From Candidatus Muiribacteriota bacterium (lineage in GTDB: Bacteria > Muiribacteriota > Muiribacteriia > Muiribacteriales > Muiribacteriaceae): a stretch of 12,454 nucleotides of DNA. A program made the translations under genes and the position numbers. Shown here one piece after another: positions 8,096 through 12,454 of this stretch. The DNA lies in contig JBNJGP010000077.1 of assembly GCA_051747805.1 (NCBI GenBank), forward strand, positions 1-12,454, given 5' to 3'. The first letter of the stretch is position 1, and every line of letters begins with the position of its first letter. Under the pieces are notes generated by a model. The model made no database searches, was not told the DNA's origin, and was given only the letters and a program-made list of their open reading frames with translations.

Positions 8096-8133
8096 CTTAT
8101 GATATGATATACTCCAAATAAAGGAGTGATTTT

Positions 8134-8715
8134 ATGGGTTTAAAGTTTAACTGTCCAGTATGTAACTTTGATATAGTTTCTCAATACTTAAAAGCTGGCG
8201 ACCTCTGTAAATGTAAAAACTGTGGTTACCAGACAAATGTTCCAGAAAATGCACAGGAAACTGATGAAAACTCAAATCTATTTCATAAAAAAGAAAATCT
8301 TGAAGATATCGGAAACTATAATAAAATATATGTTAGTACAGAAGATTTAGAAAGGGATTATTCAATTTTAGGAGTTATTTTTTTCAACACAGCCAATGTT
8401 GGTAAACTGGCAACTGAATTTGAGGCCTGCTATAATCGCCTCTCTTTTGAAGTAAACAGAATAAAAGAATATAATGCAAATTCTAAAAAGAAAAATTTAA
8501 ACTTTCAATATGAACAAGTTGAATTTATAAACGATGTGGACAAGGCCTCTGTAATTGGTCTGCATGAGCTCAAAAAAAAGGCATACATAATGGAGGCTGA
8601 TGCAATTATTGGTATACGTCAGGATTTTAACTTCCTGCCACAGAGAGGAATGAACTATTTTTCTTATCATATTTATGGAACTGCTGTAAAGTTAAAAGAC
8701 AATAAATCTGATTAA
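8134..8715 (+). CDS. Zinc-ribbon plus YbjQ/UPF0145-like domain protein
   Basis: N-terminal CPVC...CKNC; C-terminal ELKKKA...ADAIIGIRQD...YGTAVK; AAGGAG RBS. Confidence 0.7.
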   Translation: MGLKFNCPVCNFDIVSQYLKAGDLCKCKNCGYQTNVPENAQETDENSNLFHKKENLEDIGNYNKIYVSTEDLERDYSILGVIFFNTANVGKLATEFEACYNRLSFEVNRIKEYNANSKKKNLNFQYEQVEFINDVDKASVIGLHELKKKAYIMEADAIIGIRQDFNFLPQRGMNYFSYHIYGTAVKLKDNKSD

Positions 8716-11612
8716 TCAAGTGAGAGTTTCCACACATCATTTAATCTTGCGCGTGAGCCTCTTCCACCTATTATGTAGAGATTATCTTTAAATCTTATTA
8801 CCTCATGGCCGCTTCGACCTGCAAAATCAGGTAATTCAACTGTTTTTATCCAACTGTTTAAATTATCAGTGTACCATATATCATTATAATAAACTTTAAA
8901 CTGGCCACTTCCTGATTCACCGCCGACCATCCATATTTTACTATTATAACTTTCTATCTCAAGTCCTTTTCGTATATTAAAGCCAGAGTTTCCGCTTTTT
9001 AATTCCCAGTTTTTAATATCCTGGCTAATCCAGAAATCATTCAGGTTGCCCTGATTGCTTTCGCCAGCTGCAATTATTATTTTATCTTTTAAAAAAGCTG
9101 TACCGTGATAACCTCTCGCTTTAAAAGGTTTTGAAGTATGAACCTGAGTCCAGTTTCTTCCATTCTCAGAAACCCATATATCATTTTTAAACTCTTTTGA
9201 AGATTTTCCGCCAAAAACCCATAATTTATCATCAAAAACAACCATCGAGTGTCCCTGTCTTGCATCCCATGGGGCTCTCTGAGTAACTTGTTCCCAATTT
9301 TTTCCGTCTGCTGAACTCCATACGTCCGACCTTAATCTGCCAAAATGACAATATCCACCAGAAATCCACAGCCTATTATTCCATTGAACTAATGCATGGT
9401 CTTTTCTTCCCGCGAAACCACCATTTGAGGTAATTTTATTCCATTCAATACCATCTTCGCTTGCCCATACATCTCTTCTTCTTGAGGAACCAACCTCACC
9501 GCCTGTCAGATAAATTTTATTATTCCATACCGTAACAGCATGACCCTGCCGGGGGGAAAATTCTGCTTTTTCTGTAATCTGCCTCCATTTGTACCCGCTG
9601 CTATCCACTTCAGACAAATCAAAAGATAACTTATCCAGTAAAGCATAACTTTCTTCTGGACTAACGCTGCTGTGTTTTTCAAATTCCCACTTTAAAGAAT
9701 GAGTTCCTTCAGGAATTTCAAAAGTTCTATACTCCCAGTCAGTTTTACCCGTTTTTGAGTCACGAATTCTATTGTTTATATAAAACATCAGCAAATCAAT
9801 GTTTTTTAAAGAATTTGTTTTCCAGAAAAAACTTAAAATTCCTGGGCCCTCAACCTCTGTTTCAATATAAGATTTTCCATATTCAAGCAAGGGACTTCTG
9901 GCTGCACTTAAACCATTTTGAGTTTCTTCTGTCTGCCCAAACCACTTTTTATCCCCATCAGTCTGAACAAAAAGTGATGTATTAAGGGATTCGACAAGAG
10001 AAATCTCGGCTTCTGCGTCAATTATAATTTTAAATTCTGTTTTTTTAGTATAATATTTACCTGAAACTGTTATACCTATAACTATTTTTTCGGCAGCAGG
10101 CTTTATATGAAGAAGTTTATTTTTCAGCTCAGCCTCTCCGCTGATTATTTCAAAATGGGCTTTTGTACTTTCTTTTTTTCTACCATCTGAATAAAACTCC
10201 CTGACCTTTAAATTTTGAAGAGAATACTGCTTTATTCCAGGTCTTAATATAATTGAAGGAGGATTACTTTCAACTTTCTGCAAATAAATAAAATCAGGCA
10301 AAAAATGTTTAATAAACCTGTCGAAAATAATATCTGTTTTATTTTTAACGTTTTCTTTTTCTATGTTAAGAGTAAAATTATCTTTAATTTCGCCCTGCCC
10401 CGTCATTAACCTAGCACTAACCTTATATTTATCAGAAATATTTTTTATTTTTCCTTTTATAATAAAATCCGCTTCAACCCCTTTTTCCAATTCATATTCA
10501 GAAAAATTCTTATAATCTAAAACCCTTATTTCCTGCGGCGAGGTGAATTTTGTTAAAAGTCTATCATATAAAGAATTTGAAAAGACTTCTGTTTTTTGCA
10601 GATTATCTGTTTCTTCAAAAGGAAAAATCACAATAGTAGCTCTGGGTCTCTGAAGTGTTTTAACTAACTTTTTTGACTGGACAATTTGATTTAACTTTTG
10701 AATTCTATCAAAATTCTGATATGAAGAAAGGTTAATTCCAAACTCCAGCTCGGCTTCATTATCTTGGTATTTAATAAATCTTGCTTTTATTCTGGCCTCA
10801 CCATTTCGGTCAGATACCATATAAGGAGATATAATACCCTCCCCTTTAACAAAAGAGGCTTTTAAAAAAATACCTCTTTGAGGAGTTGATTGTTGACCGT
10901 CATTATAAAAAGTTTGAACCTTTATTATACTATCCTCTAAAATTTGAGTTTTAATTTCTAAATTTGAAATAATATCAAAACCAATTGTAGAAACTTCATC
11001 AATAATATTTTCAAGTCCAAAATTCAAGGCCCTGGTAAGATTTCTGGAAAGTAGCTGTAAACAATCGCTTATCTGATGATTTCTTTTTAATTCCTTAATT
11101 TTTTTTTTAGACTCCTGCCAGTTTTTTTCAATTAAATTTATTTCTCTTTCAACCCATTTTCTTGCCTCATATATAGCTTCCTGAGGATAGTGCAATAAAA
11201 CAAAAACCCTGTATTCAGGAGATGATTTTGGACCGTATTTTTCATAGTAAATATTCTGAATTCTCTGATCGCGAATTTCGGCCTGCCCTGTGGTTTCAAG
11301 CTTTTCACTTAAATTATGAATAGTGTCAATTCCTGTTACCTGTGTTTCGAGCTCAAGCTCTGTTGAAACTGTAACTCCGACATTCATCATTACATAACTC
11401 ATAGCATTTCTTATTGCTTTTTTTATACCTTCCTCAAGTGTTAATGCATTTTCATATATACCGGTGTACGAGTTTTCTGGCGGAGAAGTTATCCAGCCCG
11501 GACGAGTTTCCTGTGATTGATAAAGCAGATTATCAGAATATGAAATAAAACTGATTATAAAAACAATAAAAAGAACAAGTGTTTTTTTTATCAATATGTT
11601 TTTAAGATTCAT
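8712..11612 (-). CDS. Exported multidomain protein: LPP20-like, TolB_N/CsgG-like, beta-sandwich and Kelch propeller domains
   Basis: N-terminal signal; RPGWI motif; TIVIFPFE..ADFIIKGKI..VSARL; six repeats of R.GH...GG...DVW.S.DG..W from about 9590 to 8715. Confidence 0.75.
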   Translation of the reverse strand: MNLKNILIKKTLVLFIVFIISFISYSDNLLYQSQETRPGWITSPPENSYTGIYENALTLEEGIKKAIRNAMSYVMMNVGVTVSTELELETQVTGIDTIHNLSEKLETTGQAEIRDQRIQNIYYEKYGPKSSPEYRVFVLLHYPQEAIYEARKWVEREINLIEKNWQESKKKIKELKRNHQISDCLQLLSRNLTRALNFGLENIIDEVSTIGFDIISNLEIKTQILEDSIIKVQTFYNDGQQSTPQRGIFLKASFVKGEGIISPYMVSDRNGEARIKARFIKYQDNEAELEFGINLSSYQNFDRIQKLNQIVQSKKLVKTLQRPRATIVIFPFEETDNLQKTEVFSNSLYDRLLTKFTSPQEIRVLDYKNFSEYELEKGVEADFIIKGKIKNISDKYKVSARLMTGQGEIKDNFTLNIEKENVKNKTDIIFDRFIKHFLPDFIYLQKVESNPPSIILRPGIKQYSLQNLKVREFYSDGRKKESTKAHFEIISGEAELKNKLLHIKPAAEKIVIGITVSGKYYTKKTEFKIIIDAEAEISLVESLNTSLFVQTDGDKKWFGQTEETQNGLSAARSPLLEYGKSYIETEVEGPGILSFFWKTNSLKNIDLLMFYINNRIRDSKTGKTDWEYRTFEIPEGTHSLKWEFEKHSSVSPEESYALLDKLSFDLSEVDSSGYKWRQITEKAEFSPRQGHAVTVWNNKIYLTGGEVGSSRRRDVWASEDGIEWNKITSNGGFAGRKDHALVQWNNRLWISGGYCHFGRLRSDVWSSADGKNWEQVTQRAPWDARQGHSMVVFDDKLWVFGGKSSKEFKNDIWVSENGRNWTQVHTSKPFKARGYHGTAFLKDKIIIAAGESNQGNLNDFWISQDIKNWELKSGNSGFNIRKGLEIESYNSKIWMVGGESGSGQFKVYYNDIWYTDNLNSWIKTVELPDFAGRSGHEVIRFKDNLYIIGGRGSRARLNDVWKLSLD

Positions 11613-11616
11613 TATT

Positions 11617-12237
11617 TTAATTATTTAATAAATTACTTTTAAGAGTTTCTGCAGTTTCGATTAGATCATCAGCATTTTTTTCCTGAGCCTCTCTGTGCAT
11701 ACGGTCAATTACTTCGCGTCTTGCCTTATAGTAATCCTCAATATCTATAGCAATAAGCGACCATACATCGTATTGATATTCAACTGAGCCATCAAGCTGT
11801 TTTTCGAGTTTTTCAAAATATACTTCTTTATAATTTAGGCCTCTTACTCTAACATTTTCACTCACCATTGAAATACCATCCTCTATAAACCGTCCCACTT
11901 CGCTATCTTTAGAGTATTCTTTAACTACAGAGGTGAATTCTGTTCTAACCATAACCTCAATATTTTCCACCATATTTTTTAACGCCTCAGCTTTAGCCAG
12001 TCTTACTGTCAAACCATAATCACGCCCTGAAGCCTGCCCAGAATAATAATATTCATCGGAAGTTTCAGTAAACAAAACTGTAGTCCACTGTGGTCTCTCG
12101 CTGTGACTTTGTTCAACAACTTCAGTTCTTCCCTCAGGCGCGGGTTTACTTCTTCTTCTTCCACAACCTGTAGCGATTATTGTCAAAATCAGTAATGATA
12201 AACATAGTAAATTTAAAAATATTTTTTTTGATTTCAT
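11617..12237 (-). CDS. LPP20-like lipoprotein
   Basis: Basic N-terminus, hydrophobic stretch, IATG-C lipobox-like site; RPQW..YYYSG..LAKAEA pattern; AAGGAG RBS. Confidence 0.7.
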   Translation of the reverse strand: MKSKKIFLNLLCLSLLILTIIATGCGRRRSKPAPEGRTEVVEQSHSERPQWTTVLFTETSDEYYYSGQASGRDYGLTVRLAKAEALKNMVENIEVMVRTEFTSVVKEYSKDSEVGRFIEDGISMVSENVRVRGLNYKEVYFEKLEKQLDGSVEYQYDVWSLIAIDIEDYYKARREVIDRMHREAQEKNADDLIETAETLKSNLLNN

Positions 12238-12324
12238 ATTATTAACTCCTTTTTGTTTTTATTTAAACAATTTTAAATATAATACCATTTTTTTTTAAAA
12301 AAAGAAAGATTTAGAAATTCAGTA

Positions 12325-12454
12325 CAGCAATTCTCAATTTAGTCGAAAATCCTTTAGTGGTCAGGCCGACATAAAAGTAAAAAGCTTTCAGCTTAGTAAA
12401 ATCACCTAAAGGTGATAGTAAAGTTATCTAACGATAACAGTAAAGTAAATTAAA
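12325..12454. mobile_element. Second MITE-family copy with hairpin-array interior, truncated by the window end
   Basis: 12325-12367 matches 3422-3464 at 42 of 43 nt, then diverges into AGTAAA-linked hairpins. Confidence 0.8.
12376..12454. repeat. Array of variable hairpins with constant AGTAAA linkers
   Basis: AGTAAA at 12376, 12395, 12417 and 12439; hairpins AAGCT-TTC-AGCTT, ATCACC-TAAA-GGTGAT and GTTATC-TAAC-GATAAC; probable fourth unit begins GTAAAT-TAAA. Confidence 0.85.

Noticed and set aside
9755..9985. 76-aa + strand ORF
   Set aside because: Antisense shadow of the 966-aa gene, with no recognisable motif.
12145..12165. RRR as a Tat signal in the lipoprotein
   Set aside because: The arginines follow the lipobox Cys rather than preceding the hydrophobic region.
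12287..12303. T/A homopolymer runs as phase-variation sites
   Set aside because: Runs of 7-10 are common throughout this AT-rich window and no frameshifted ORF is evident.
12376..12454. CRISPR array interpretation of the hairpin array
   Set aside because: The constant part is only 6 nt, the variable parts are 13-16 nt and self-complementary, and no cas genes are present.

Overview
AT-rich bacterial window, probably from a diderm (it encodes an outer-membrane beta-barrel and a lipoprotein). It holds 13 likely genes: an MBL-fold hydrolase, an OM beta-barrel, two tandem secreted paralogs that look identical over 764 bp but have different C-tails, a small membrane protein plus a TIM-barrel protein, a pfp-cvpA-like-chrA-chrA operon, a Zn-ribbon/YbjQ-like protein, and an LPP20-like lipoprotein paired with a 966-aa multidomain Kelch protein. 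The most unusual signal is non-coding: a family of small palindromic elements. One complete 127-bp copy (3422-3548) has perfect 14-bp terminal inverted repeats and a 9-bp target duplication. A second copy (from 12325, cut by the window end) replaces the single central hairpin with an array of sequence-variable hairpins separated by constant AGTAAA linkers. Possible fragments lie at 8037-8095 and 1-10. All protein calls rest on motif recognition by eye; no searches were run.
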